In this document: in pieces, positions 49,755 through 61,929 of the stretch
How the letters are laid out: the number at the start of each line of letters is the position of its first letter
How positions within the stretch are numbered: the stretch's first letter is position 1
Source of the DNA: Lama glama
Taxonomy: Eukaryota
DNA: 64,000 nt
Direction of reading: 5' to 3'
Assembly (NCBI GenBank): GCA_028534125.1
Contig: CM052816.1
Coordinates: 99,574,001-99,638,000, forward strand
Position numbers and translations under genes: made by a program
The notes under the pieces: generated by a model
What the model saw: the letters and a program-made list of their open reading frames with translations, nothing else
Database searches by the model: none
What the model was told of the DNA's origin: nothing

Positions 49755-50844
49755 CCGAAGCAGCACGGCGCAGGTCTCCCAGAGCCCTCCCTCCCCCGCC
49801 CTGCAGGGCTGGTCAGAAGCGGGTGGTTCTGTCACTCAGCCCTGGAGGAAGCGTCCCCTGAGACCCTTCTCTCCTGTCCTGCGTCCAGTTCTCTAAAAAC
49901 CGGACATTCTCAACTACAAAATGAAAAAGATGGAAGATAAAACTTATGTCATTAATTAAAAAAAAAAACTCAGTGGGAAAAACATTTCTGAAGCAAATAG
50001 ACTAAGTAACATTCAACAAGACTCTCACAGCCAGAAAATCACGTCTGGGAAAGAGCACACAGAGCTTCCCATTTCCCGTTCACCGTCTCCACCCCCTCTC
50101 TCTGCTTCGGAGTGAGGCAGATAGACCTCATCCCAGCGTCTCTTCCGAATGTGACAAGTGGCTTCCACCCATTTCCGCCCACGTGTTTGAAAACCTCCTG
50201 TGCAGTTTTTTTAAGTGGAAGGATCACACTTAGAATATATTATCTAATCTAGGAAATATTGATTGCACATTATCTGAAGAAATACTGGTAGCTTATCTGT
50301 TCTCACTAACTGAAGCCATTGGAAACCATTATGGAAGTTAAACAGATAGCAGGTTCCACCAGAGCTATGGTTTCACAGCCTGACTGTTTTTAAGTAGCAG
50401 TGGTGCCATTCCAGTCGATTTGTATCTTTTTCCTTACAAATTGGCAAGTGAATAGTGACTGTGGTTCACCACTTAATTTCCATCAGTGTAACAGGTGATG
50501 GTTTATAGGATTACAGGACTGAGATATTTAAATCTTTTATCTGCTTATAGTTGAAAGGGTTCTGTGTGTGTTTGGCTAAACTGTAGCACGTTCCTAGAGA
50601 GGGCTGCTGGGGAGGAACTCGGGTACCCAGCCACTGGTCACCCACCGATCTTCTGACGTTTAGGGGCTCATCTCGGCCGGGAAACAGCACCAGGGGCGTG
50701 TGCGAGAGCTTCGCAGGGGGAGCACAAGGCGGGCGGAGCCAGCAAGCAGGAGCCAGTCCAAGGCGCCTGCTCCCCAGGTGGAAAGGAAGGGCTTTGGATT
50801 GGCACGATCCATCCTACCACGTGAGCTTCTCTTTCCAAGTCAAG

Positions 50845-50925
50845 GTGAAGGAGGAGGTGGAGAAAGAAAGGGAAGGAGGAGGAGGAGATGAAGAGGAAGG
50901 GGAAGAAGGAGATGGCAGAAAATAA
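50845..50925. repeat. (GGA/GAA)n purine-rich simple repeat
   Basis: gaaggaggaggtggagaaagaaagggaaggaggaggaggagatgaagaggaaggggaagaagg. Confidence 0.8.
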
Positions 50926-52780
50926 AAAGAATTAGACGTGGTGGGGGAGTGGGGAGGAAGGAGAGAGGGTCACACGCCTCTCTCAAGGATCTTCCCCTCG
51001 GAGGCATCCAGCCGTCACAGCAATCCCGCCTGTGGCTCTGCCCCCTCGGCCACCACGACACCACGGGGTGCGTGTGGAGCAGGGCTCTGAGTGTCCCTGT
51101 GGAAGGCGTTTCCCGTCTCGCGAGGCCAGGGGGACACAGTGCTTCCCCAGAGGCCAGGACCGCTGAGCAGAGGGAAGACGAAGCTTCCTCCATCCGCAGG
51201 GACCAGCCCTGGCACTGCAGGCGGCCCTGAGTTCCCTGCCACGTGCTGTCTCGTCTGGGTCCAGACCAAGTCTCCAGTGAGCGAAGTATCGGTGCCTTTG
51301 CTGGCTTCCACAGCTCGCAGCTGGAGCCAAAGAAGTTGGTTCCAGAAATGTGTTCCCATGGAAAATGTCTGAAAACTGGATGACCCTTCCTTCGCGTTCT
51401 TTAGATGAGATGATGGAGAGTCTGGGCAGCGGCCACCCAGCCCTCCACCCCTGGGGCAGGTGGCCCTGTGGCCAGCTCTCCACACACAGCTTGAGTTTTC
51501 TAAGCAACCTGAGTGATTCTGATATGAGTGGAATATGGTTGTGATTTGTTCTCACTCCTCTCTGAACAGTAAAAAGCAAAGCTTTCCAACTGACAACTTT
51601 TCAGTTGCTTCACTCTCATTTATCACTGTCCCCTCCCTCCCTCTCTCCCATGCTCTCTTGCTCTCTGCCAGAAGCAATATATAAAAAAAAACTACCCCTT
51701 ATTAAATAAAAAAGATAAGAGAGCTCAAAAAACCATAAAAACTTCCCTTGTGTTTTTCCACCAGGGTTTCACCTAAATTAATTCACAGAGATATGTACCT
51801 ACTGACATAGGAATTCTCGGAAAAAAAACGCCCCGCCTAGTTTTCAACTATTTTCTGCATTGCTAATAAGAGCTACTGAAAGAGAAGATTCTCAAAAAGT
51901 TATTATTAGCTATGGACAATAGAAATAAAAATGAGACAAGAGTTATGTATAAAATAATATCCAGAAGCTATACTTGGGGGATAACTGTTTTGAATACTTT
52001 TTGTCCCAAAATCAAATGCCTCTGAAATGCATAAATAAATCAAATTTTGCTGTGGAAAATAAATAAAGCCCAACATGAACGAAGAGGATTTTGAAAAAAG
52101 TGACTGTTAATTTATTGAGATGGTCTAAGAAAAAAGACATTGAAAGACACAAAATTACTTTCCTTTGGGCATTTTCCATGGTAATAATACTTCTTAGATA
52201 AAAGGTGCCTTCAGTTCATGAGAGCTGGGGTTCTTCATAGAGATACAACTCTCACAAGAAATGTCTCTGGAGTTGAGTGGATCAATTCGGTACTAAAGCT
52301 GTTTGATCAATACTCCCTTCTGGAATAACAGCCTGGAGGAGAAAGGTGAACTTCGGTTCAGGTGGTTCCGCTGGTGTTTCAGGAGGTCTGGATTTTATCC
52401 TTAATTTCTGCAGGAAGAATACAGGCTGTTCATTACCCAGAAGAAGTAACGGGTTGAAAGCTGGGCCCAATTATGACACATAGTAAATCTATTTTATTTT
52501 CTCTCCCCTGAAAATTCTAGCTCAAAGTATCATGAAATTGCAGAGAAATCCTTGACATCTGAAGTATTTCCTAGTCTGTGAGTTTAAAAGGACCATGTGA
52601 GTGTCACCCAGGCTTCACCCTACCGAGTAGGTGAGTGAACGTGTCCAAACCCTCCTCCCTAAGAGGGGCAGGTTCACTCTGATGCGTGGAAACACTCTGA
52701 TGGTCAATGGAATAAAACACATGATTTGCATGGTTTGCTTATAAAAAGACAGGTCATCCCCAAAGTATAAGTCATGAGAC

Positions 52781-53246
52781 TCCTCAGCCATAAAAAATAA
52801 AATAAAATAACGCCATTTGCAGCAACATGGATGGACCTGGAGATCGTCATTCTAAGTGAACTAAGCCAGAAAGAGCAAGAAAAAGACCATATGGGATCAC
52901 TTATATGTGGAATCTAAAAAAAAAAAATGGCACAAATGAACTTATTTTCAAAACAGAAACAGACTCACAGACACAGAAAACAAACTTATAGTTGCTGGGG
53001 GGGAAGGGGAGGGGGCGAGATGAACTCCGAGTTCGGGATGTGCAGATGCACACCACTGTACGTGAGCTAGATAAACCACAGGGTTCCGCTGTAGAGCACT
53101 GGGAGCTGTATTCAGCATCTTGTCACAGCATAGAATGAAAAGGATACGGAAAGACGTATATACCTGAATCACAGTGCTGTACACCAGAGACTGACACATT
53201 TTAAATCAACTATGCTTCAGTTAAAAAAATAAAAAGATAGAAAATG
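52781..53246 (+). mobile_element. 5'-truncated L1 with target-site duplication
   Basis: gccatttgcagcaacatggatggacctggagatcgtcattctaagtgaa... through to the A-tail. Flanks aagtataagtcatgagac (52763-52780) and aagtgtaagtaaggagac (53247-53264) are 15/18 identical. Confidence 0.92.
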
Positions 53247-55937
53247 AAGTGTAAGTAAGGAGACCTCATTACTATATTTGCTTCAATAGTTAACGGACCA
53301 AAATATACACGTTGATCTCATGATGAGGTCAAAGTCATTTCGTTTTAAAATGTGTGCCTGTGTACAATCTGCACACATCTGTGCATTAAAAAGGGACACA
53401 CACACACACAGTCAGGGCTGGATGTGCGTAACATCTGTTTACATCGCCTTCACATCTCTGCGTTTGAACATTCATTTCTGAAGTGACCCCCGGAGGAGTC
53501 CCAGCTTAGCTGCTCCCTGCAGTGCAGGCTGCTCCACCGTCTGAAGGGACAGGTGGGTGATGAGCTAAGGTGACACGTCCTCCAGCCCACAAGTGTAAGA
53601 GCTTTACACGAAATGAAGGAGCTGTTTTTAGTTCGTATTCTGGGACTCGCCGGGAGGGGGCCGTCCAGACCTCCCGTCACCAGAGCCCTGACCGGAGGCA
53701 ACACAGTGACTGACACAGGTGACGCGGCCTCCAGGAGCCAGGCAGGTAGGGAGCTAAAGACCCTTGCTTCTCTGAGACTCACCTCCTCTGCAGGGAGAAG
53801 AAACTCACCGCATGGTCGCAGGTGAGCCCCTTCGCCTGTCAAGGAGGGTGGGCACCTCAGAACACGTCACAAACGTCCACTTACGACGGGGCTGACAGCT
53901 CCTCATCTGCTCCTGGTTAAACCTGCTGTCTAAAGTGTCAGGTTCCAGAGTTTTCCACGGTTGGTGTTCAGATGGTCGTTTGGGCATTGGACCCCCCCAC
54001 CCCGAGAAGCAGCTTGCGTAGAGCGGCGCCCTGTGTCTCCACAGCCTGGTGTCTGGAGCCGCTCGCCTCCTCTTGTACGTCGCGCTCAGCCGTCCTCATG
54101 GAAGTGGAGCAGCCAGGATCAGTGAGGAATCAAATGCGAGTAAATTAAACAGCGCAGTCAAAGACACTTCACTTGTGATTTCTGTTTCCTTCAACTGCCG
54201 TAGGAGTTTTGCAAGGAAAACTTGCAAAGAACCTGCAAGGCAGTAAAGACGGGGACAAAGCGGGAAGGTGGCCTGCTTACAGACACGGGGCCTCTGCCTC
54301 TCCCAGGACAGGGAGGGGGTCGGGGCCCAGGGCACTAGGTCTCCGCACAGCCCGCCGCCCACGGGAGGAAGCGCGGCTGGGGGACAGTCACGTCACTGTC
54401 CTGACATCGTGCGCCATGCATGAGGAGTGAGTTCTCTGTCACCAGCTTTACACGGACGTCTGTGAGTCCCGAAGAGTTACACGTGTACCGATATGGTTGC
54501 AGGATGATCTTTCATTGTTCAGACACCTCTTGCTTTAAGACATGCACACATTCTAGCTACGTTTACACGCTGTAGAAATCCCTCTCGGATTTTCCTTTGG
54601 ATCCACCCGTTAGCTGTAGCCATTGCAATCACTCGGGGGCCCAGTACGTGTCTGGTCCGTCTCTCTCTTGAGACCCCAAAGCGACCACTTGTGAAGCTAA
54701 GTGTTGAAGTTACTCGGTCACAGGGGAGGAAGATTGCACTCCTGAAACGCAGTAAGTTAATCATCGTGAGGCTGTGTGTTGGACATAAGGACAGCATATG
54801 TCACAAGGGGGTTATGTGACGTCTCCCACCTAAGTTTTAAATGCCTTTAAGAGAGAGGCGCCATTTCCACTTCTGTTTTGCTGATACAATTCCAAAGCAG
54901 TCTGGTTTCTAGACAGCATTGGTTAGTAAGATCGGGTCACTGGCTGCCCTATTGATTGGCAGTTTTATACACACACACATAAAAAGAGCCATTTACTTTG
55001 CAAAGCCATCCTGAGACATCTCTTTGCTGAGATGTGTGTGGCGGCAGAGTGACTCAGTCCATCAGAACCATCTCAGAGCACGTTTAAGGGAGCCCTGGGC
55101 CGGAGCCCTGGCAGCCAGCAGGGCCCTGACGCATTTGGCATTTGCTAACTCCCCACACCCATGGGTCACAAATGAAACCAGAGCCAGCAAACCCTTCATT
55201 ACTTCTCCATGATCACGGTATTTAACAAAACCACTTGATAGGAGCTATGGTAACAGCAGACGCTGGTGGTTTTGGATACATGAGGATGGAAAACAAAATT
55301 CACCACGTGTTCTAAATACTAGAGACATTTACATTTGAAAACGGCATGTGCTCTAGCTGCTGCCCCCAGGGAGCTGCTAATGGCAAATGAATTCAGGCCA
55401 TTCAGAGCATCTTTGATTGACAGAGGAAAGGCTTCTGAGCCATTTTAATGTCAAAAAATGCTGTCTTCCCCCCCCATCTCCTAATAAAGTTTAGGGTTTT
55501 GTCAGATTTCCCATAACTAACCTTGATATTTGACGTTTAACACCCAGGTCATTCTCAATCACGTTGGGTTACTAGTACTTGGCAGGCAAGCGTTCAGGAT
55601 GTATGTGAATTTTTCAAGGAGACTGCCAGAAACTTTTCAAAAGTTAGGCTAGACAGGCAAAAAGCAATGTTCAGCTGCATCCTGGTGTTCTCCTTTTTTC
55701 TCTTCTGAGTCTTTCTCTGAGTTAAGAAGGCGTCTAATGTGCCTTGTAACCCACACGGTGTCACCTGATCATCATCCATTGTGCACACACGTCATGTCAC
55801 ACTGCAAAAAAGTTTCCAGAAACTGAAGCTATTAGCCCAAACACTAGCGATCATCTTCTAAGACCTAAAACAAAATGCAGCCTGGAAGGTGTTATAGTGA
55901 CAGAGCACATTTCAGTTGTAAAAAGTTGTGGTGAGAT

Positions 55938-56021
55938 AGACAACAAGGTCCTACTGTACAGCACAGGGAACTATATTCAGTACTTTGCAACAGCCTATAA
56001 TGGAAAAGAGTATGAAAAGGA

Positions 56022-56072
<51 letters not shown>

Positions 56073-56154
56073 AATGAATCACTGCGCTGTACACCAGAAA
56101 CTAACACATTGTAAGACAACCATATTTCAATTTAAAAAACAAAAGGAAAGGAAA
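55938..56154 (+). mobile_element. 5'-truncated L1 tail with TSD and internal (GT)n(AT)n microsatellite
   Basis: acaacaaggtcctactgtacagcacagggaactatattc...; flanks aaaaagttgtggtgagat (55920-55937) and aaaaagttatgatgagat (56155-56172) are 16/18 identical; microsatellite at 56022-56072. Confidence 0.92.
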
Positions 56155-57408
56155 AAAAAGTTATGATGAGATGTTCCAAGAGTTACACATTCAAACCTGT
56201 GGCAAAGAGCTCCTTTGGTTCATGCACTCACTCAGCCTGCAACAAGTGTTGGCTGCATAGGACAGAGGGAGCCTGAGTGTTGGGTCAGTGAGGAGGGAGC
56301 TGCAGTTTCAGCAGACGTTGGCATGTTACCTCCTCTGGCAGGACCAGCACTGCAGCATTTAACACCACCGAACGGTGTTGCTCCCAACCACATAGCAGGT
56401 ACCAGAGTGGTGCACAGCACCCCATCATCACAGGCACTACCTCCTGAAGGTGTCCCGCTGTGACTGCAGGTGGAGCCATGGGCTTTGAATGGGCAGCATA
56501 CCCCTGCTAAAATCAACCCTTGAAACACCCCCTTATCTAGACGGCTTGGTGGGGCTGGCAAGCTGAGCTGCTCATGTAAGTGGGACCCCAGCCCTGTGAC
56601 CCACGATTAAATCTATGCTGCCTCCTCGTGCACAGTCACGCTGCAGCAGATGGGTCAGGGACTCTGCAAGGGGACCAGCCTACGATTAAGACAAAATGAA
56701 GCAATTTGGAGAACAGCATGGTAATTAGTCCTATTTCATAACACTCAGCTTTGTTTCCTGACCTCCCGATCTGAAGCAGAGCGATGTCCCTGTATAAGTT
56801 CTACAGTATCCATAACACATGGTGGGCGGGGCTGGGAGGGTAGGATGAGTCATCCTCGGCCCCACCGATACCATTATCATCAACAACACCGAAGCGCTTC
56901 AACACAGATGCAGACGGAAGCCACCAAGCAGCTGGGTTCCGTTCTGGGTAAGGTAACTCGGAAGACATAAAGCAACACTTCAGGGGCCGCAGAAAGTGAG
57001 TTACATCCAGGGAGACGGCAGAGCCAAAGGCGGGCCTCAGGACGGAGCTTCCTGCTGGGTGAGCTGGTCAGGGCTGGGCTGCTTCGGGCCGGGCTCACGT
57101 GGAGACCTGGGAACCTCCTTGCCAAGTACACCTCAGATGTTCTCCTGGTGGTAACTCTCCACTCACCCCAGGCAGACATGAAAACACTTCTCGCTAAGAT
57201 TCAAATGTCTCCTCCTTGTTTTAACCTTTCCTTTCTCATCAGTCATTTCAGCTCACATCCCACTGGCAGGTCCCTCTGCTGGGTATGAAGTTTGCCTCGG
57301 CTTGGGACCCTCTTAGTGTCCTTGTTCCTAGAACAAAGGATACTTAGGAAGGGGCTCTGTGGAAAAGGGCTCTGGAGAGAACCTTGTGCAGCTTAAGGTC
57401 AGGTTGAC

Positions 57409-57563
57409 GGGGGGAGGGTATAGCTCAGTGTGTGCTTAGCATGCATGAGGTCCTGGGTTCAATCCCCAGTCCCTCCATAAAAAGAAAGCAAATAAATAAA
57501 GTAAATAAATAAACCTAATTACCTCCCTTCACAAAAAAAATAAAGTTTTTTTTAAATAAAAAA
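57409..57563 (+). mobile_element. Camelid tRNA-derived SINE (Vic-1-like) with TSD
   Basis: ggggggagggtatagctcagtg-tgtgcttagcatgcatgaggtcctgggttcaatccccagt (pol III A/B box head) and tail aaataaataaacctaattacctccc; TSD taaggtcaggttga (57394-57407) and taaaatcaggttga (57564-57577). Confidence 0.9.
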
Positions 57564-58859
57564 TAAAATCAGGTTGATAAAAGTTTCTAGCCTTTCAAGC
57601 AGGCTGAGGTCTTCCCCTCAAACAACAGGATACAAGGAAATCACAAGGGGTCAACAGGAGGGCACTGGGGTCAGGAGCAGGGTGCTGGTGGCAAAAACAG
57701 GGCACTGAGCATGACCCCTGCACTCAGCACCAGGAGGCGGCTGGTGGACCACAAAACTCTCTCCTCTCCAGCCCAACCCTGCTCAGCAAGAGTGTGAGAA
57801 AAACCCTTTAAACCATTGTAGAGCCAAGCAGTTGCAAACAACATTGCAGATTTCAGATGGTCCTTGATGACAATAGGGTCCTGCTCAGTTACAAACATAA
57901 CTGGTGAGGACTTGGATGGGGGAAGACGAGGACAGCTCAGTTTATGTTCTCTTCATCCCTTGATCCTCATATTGTGTGTGGGGGGTGTGTGTGTGTGCAC
58001 GTGTGCACCTCCCCCCCACATGCGCATCCTCTTCTCCTCTCCTTCCTCCCTTTTTCTTTTCACGCTTCTCCCCTCCTGGGACCTAAGGCCCCCACACACC
58101 TGTCCCTTCCAGGCAGTAACTCATGTTCGTCTCCAGGATCTGGTCTTACCTCTGGCATAATTTCAGGGCTGCGGTGATGGGAGGCCCTGCGTGTGCTTGT
58201 GTGTTGGAGGGGCCAGGGCAGGGAAGGGCGGGGAGAAAAGATTCGGTCTCCTGAGAATTTGGAAGACTTTCATTCTTAGCTTAGCCCATGTTACTCCAAA
58301 ATGCTTGAAATCAAACACCTCTTTTTATCGTGAAGATGAATTCCCTTCCAAAGACCTACATCTGTTTTCCATGGAAACACCTTTTTTAAGCAAGACAAAA
58401 GGTAATGGCCTTGACCCTATTTCTTGTAAACTAACAGACCTGTGCTTTAATAAGAGAACTGGCCCCTCCCTGGCCTGGGTCACGACAAGACACTGCACGC
58501 ATTTCCCTCCGTCCTTTTTCACATCACTGACTTTGCAGGGCACGTCTCCCTGATGTGCTGGCTCTGCCCAGGGCTCCCCCGGCCTGAATGGGAAAGAGGA
58601 TGGACGCTGCCCTCTGCCCAGTCCCGCAGTGGACAAAAGACGTAAGCAGGCTGTGTGAGGAGGAGACCGAGGGGCCCCTCCGCCCCAGTAGCTCAGGGCT
58701 AACTCAGGGGCCCCCGCCGTTGGCCCAGCTCTGCCCGTGGCTTTCGGCCTTTCCTGGCACCAGGCTCCCACGCTGGCCGGCGCTCCTGGGCGGGAGGCTC
58801 CTTCTGCCTGCAGGAGCTTGCGGCGTGAAGCGGCACCCCTCGACGGCCTCTGCCCCGTC

Positions 58860-59045
58860 ACCCTGTCTATTTTCCTTACGGCGCATGCAGTTACTGCCTG
58901 ACACTGCACTTTACATGTACGCACTTATATGTTAGATGTCTTCCCACCGGAATGTAAACTGTCCAACAGCCCCACATCCCACGGTCCCGAGTAATCTTCT
59001 GCACAGGCCTCAGGCTCCACGTCTGCTGGGCAAAAGAATGGCTAA
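58860..59045 (+). mobile_element. L2 3' end remnant
   Basis: tgtcttcccaccggaatgtaaactgtcc...aggcctcaggctccacgtctgctgggcaaaagaatg resembles the L2 terminus. Confidence 0.4.
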
Positions 59046-59779
59046 TTCTGAGTTGCCAAATGGGGATTTCAAGGTCACCATAAAGTGTTTTACTTTTTGA
59101 CAAAACAGTTTGCATTTCTCTCCTAGGATTTCTTGTCTGCTTGCCAGTGCTGCCTACCTCCTCCCCGTGAGCGCCCCAGCCTGAGAGCAACGGCTCCCCC
59201 AGCGCCTCTGTCTTCTGTGGGTGTGCCTTCAATTTTTTTTCCCTTCTGATGATGGGTCATGGCCCCCTGAGTTTTTCCAAACCTGGTAACTTTTACATTC
59301 TATGCTGTCTATGATGTAAAGGGTTCAGAGTCTGTAAACTTCTGTCAGATTTAAGTGAAATTTTTTATGCCATTATATTCTGATCCTGTGGAATCTGTTT
59401 TAGGCAATCCATAGACTGAAAAAGTGGCCATCCTCAGAAGTACGCGTCTTCATTAAAACACAACAATGAAAAATTTCCTTCATTTTTTAAAAGTCGTTTT
59501 CCTATATGTTTTCAAAAGTAAACCTTCCAAAAGTATTGGATTTTGTTTCTGTTCATGACCATCGCCGGCCCCAAGGATGTCCTGCTTGTCAGCCCTCGGC
59601 ACCAGCTGGTCTCCACGGCGAAGTCTGTTCCCACCTCGGGCGCAGTCTGCCCGAGGGCTTTCCCTGTCTGTGTCCCAGGGAAGCTGGACGTGCAGTGTCA
59701 CTAGCTCCCGGGAGCCAGGTGCAGCACTCATCCTAGGACGGACGGGGTTGGAGGGGAGACCCCAGCTTCTCTCCCTGGG

Positions 59780-59950
59780 GACCCGCCTGGAGCTTGGATC
59801 CCCAGGACTCCCAGTGATGCGCCCGCGAACCTCTGCTGGTTAACATCCCCTTCTTCCAACCTTCCACGCTTCCTGCCTGGTTCATCCTGGGACCACCTCC
59901 CAGACTCTTGCCTCTCATCCGGCTTCTGGAGGACCAGCCTAAGATGACAG
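59780..59950 (+). mobile_element. ERVL LTR16-like 3' end
   Basis: tcctgggaccacctccc...ctctcatccggcttctggaggaccagcctaagatgaca resembles the LTR16 terminus. Confidence 0.4.
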
Positions 59951-60774
59951 TCAGCGGTGCCTGGGTCTTTTTTTATAATCCTCCCCAGCCCCTCGTGTCT
60001 GTGTCTAAATCATTCACATCCTTTCAGGACTGACTAAGGTTCTAATTTTGCCGTTGCCCCAGAGTCTGCTTATGAGAATCCTGACAATCTCAACCGTACT
60101 TGTCAAATCCTCTGAACACTTTATCGGTAAATCTCTGTCGGCACCAAGCATTTCTCTTCAAAATTCATCTTTGCGTCTCCTCTCCGTACTCAACAGAAAG
60201 TGAAATAAAATCAAAGCCACAGCTACTTCTCCTCTGTGTAACCTATGGCCTCCTCAAGACCGCTTTGCACTGAGCGGCTGGACCATCCTTCAGAGGAGCT
60301 GGATTTCTGGAAACACTGCAAACACAGCTCACTGACTCTTCACTTTGTATTGTGTTTTATTTTTCTAACTGGTTTTGAGGTAGTCATGGCATCTGAGATT
60401 CCTGCCCTTGAGGAAATCTTAGTGGACCACGTAATTGACACGTAACGTGTTGCTATGTGTTGACAGAATAATTTTTAATGGAAAACTGTCTGTGTGTAAT
60501 TGTTACATGTCAGATTTGTAGCCATATTCCCTCCCCTGAACGTCAGGTCATATACTAGCTTCATTCTGGTTTTAAAATAATCACAGCAATTTTTAGATAA
60601 TTATTTTCTCAAAATTTGGCAAGAACTAAAAAGGTAAGAAGGAGTAGTTCTACATCTGAATCCACTGATGTGCCAGGCACGATGTTCACGGTAGAAGAAC
60701 TTCCGCTTTTTGAATTTACAGCAAAGTGACTTCTGTCTCCACCCCTGGAGTTTCCAGAATCCAGTGGCAATCGT

Positions 60775-61504
60775 GAATCCAGTTAGGCGGACGTGAGACA
60801 ACAAACGTCTTATTGTGCTTCTGATTTACATCTCTCTGATGGTTAGTGGTGTCGAGCATCTTTTCATGCGCCTGTTGGCCATTTGTGTTTCCTCTTTGGA
60901 AAAATGTCTATTCACTTCTTCTGCCCATTTTCAAATCAGGTTGTTTGTTTTTCTGTTTTGATGTTGAGTTGTATTAGCTGTTCATATGTGTTGGATATTA
61001 ACCCCCTAATGGTCACACAATTTGGAAACTTTTTCACCCGTTCAGTATACTGTCATTTCTTTTTGTCAGTGGTCTCCTTTGCTGTGCAAAAGCTTTTAAG
61101 TTTAGTTAGGACCCATTTGTCTATTTTTGCCTTTATTTCCTTTTTTAAAAGATGGAATCAAAACCTATTGCTGTGATTTACGTTCAAGAATGTTCTGCCT
61201 ATGTTTCCCGTTAGGAGTGTTATAGTATCTGATCTTACATTTGGGTCTTTAATGCATTTTGATTTTACTTTAGTGTATGGTGTTCTAGTCTGTCTTTTAC
61301 AGGCAGCTGCCCAGGCTTCCCAGAACCACTTACTGAAGAGACTGTCTCTTCTCCACTGCGTGTTGTTGCCTCTTTCATCATAGGTTAGTTGCCTTAAGTG
61401 GCTGGGTTTATTTATGGACCTCTATCCTGTTCCGTTGGCCTATGTGCCTGTTCTTGTGCCAGTGACATGCCGTTTTGACCAATGTAGCTTTGCAGTCTAG
61501 TCTG
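60775..61504 (-). mobile_element. L1 (L1MA/MB-type) ORF2 fragment
   Basis: tctctctgatggttagtggtgtcgagcatcttttcatgcgcctgttggccatttgtgtttcctctttggaaaaatgtctattc...tttgctgtgcaaaagcttttaagttt...tgaagagactgtctcttctccactg is classic antisense L1 ORF2. Confidence 0.92.
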
Positions 61505-61929
61505 GGCCGAGGGTCTCCTTTCGAATGCGTCTCTTCTAAAGAGCAGCACCAAACTTCAGGAGCACGGCACTCAAAGGACAGTTTGCGTATGTGTCGGAGA
61601 GCTGTGCATTTGGGGGCACTTGCTGCATTAAGCAAGGTTTCCATTCCACCATCTTCTCAGACTCTTGCAGTCAAGGGGTGTCAAGGGCTACTGCGGGTTA
61701 AGTCTCAGGATTGTGAGAGAAAGGACTACGAGGGAGGTGATGAGAATGAAGAAGAGAAGAGGGAGAGACAGAGACCGGGCCTGGGGCAAGAGAGTGAGGA
61801 GAGATGCTGGGCGCATCTGGAGGGCTAGGAAAGGGAAAGTTCTGCACCAGGAGCAAATGCGTGACAGGGACTGGGGTCAGGTTGACTCACGTAATAGAAA
61901 CTCATAACGTGAGGCTTGAACACAAGAGA

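Noticed and set aside
49544..49861. ORF with an (LT/LN)n repeat
   Set aside because: Translation of the telomere-like hexamer array.
57409..57480. tRNA gene
   Set aside because: It has pol III box motifs but is a SINE head with an A-rich tail and TSD; the D-arm region is deleted.
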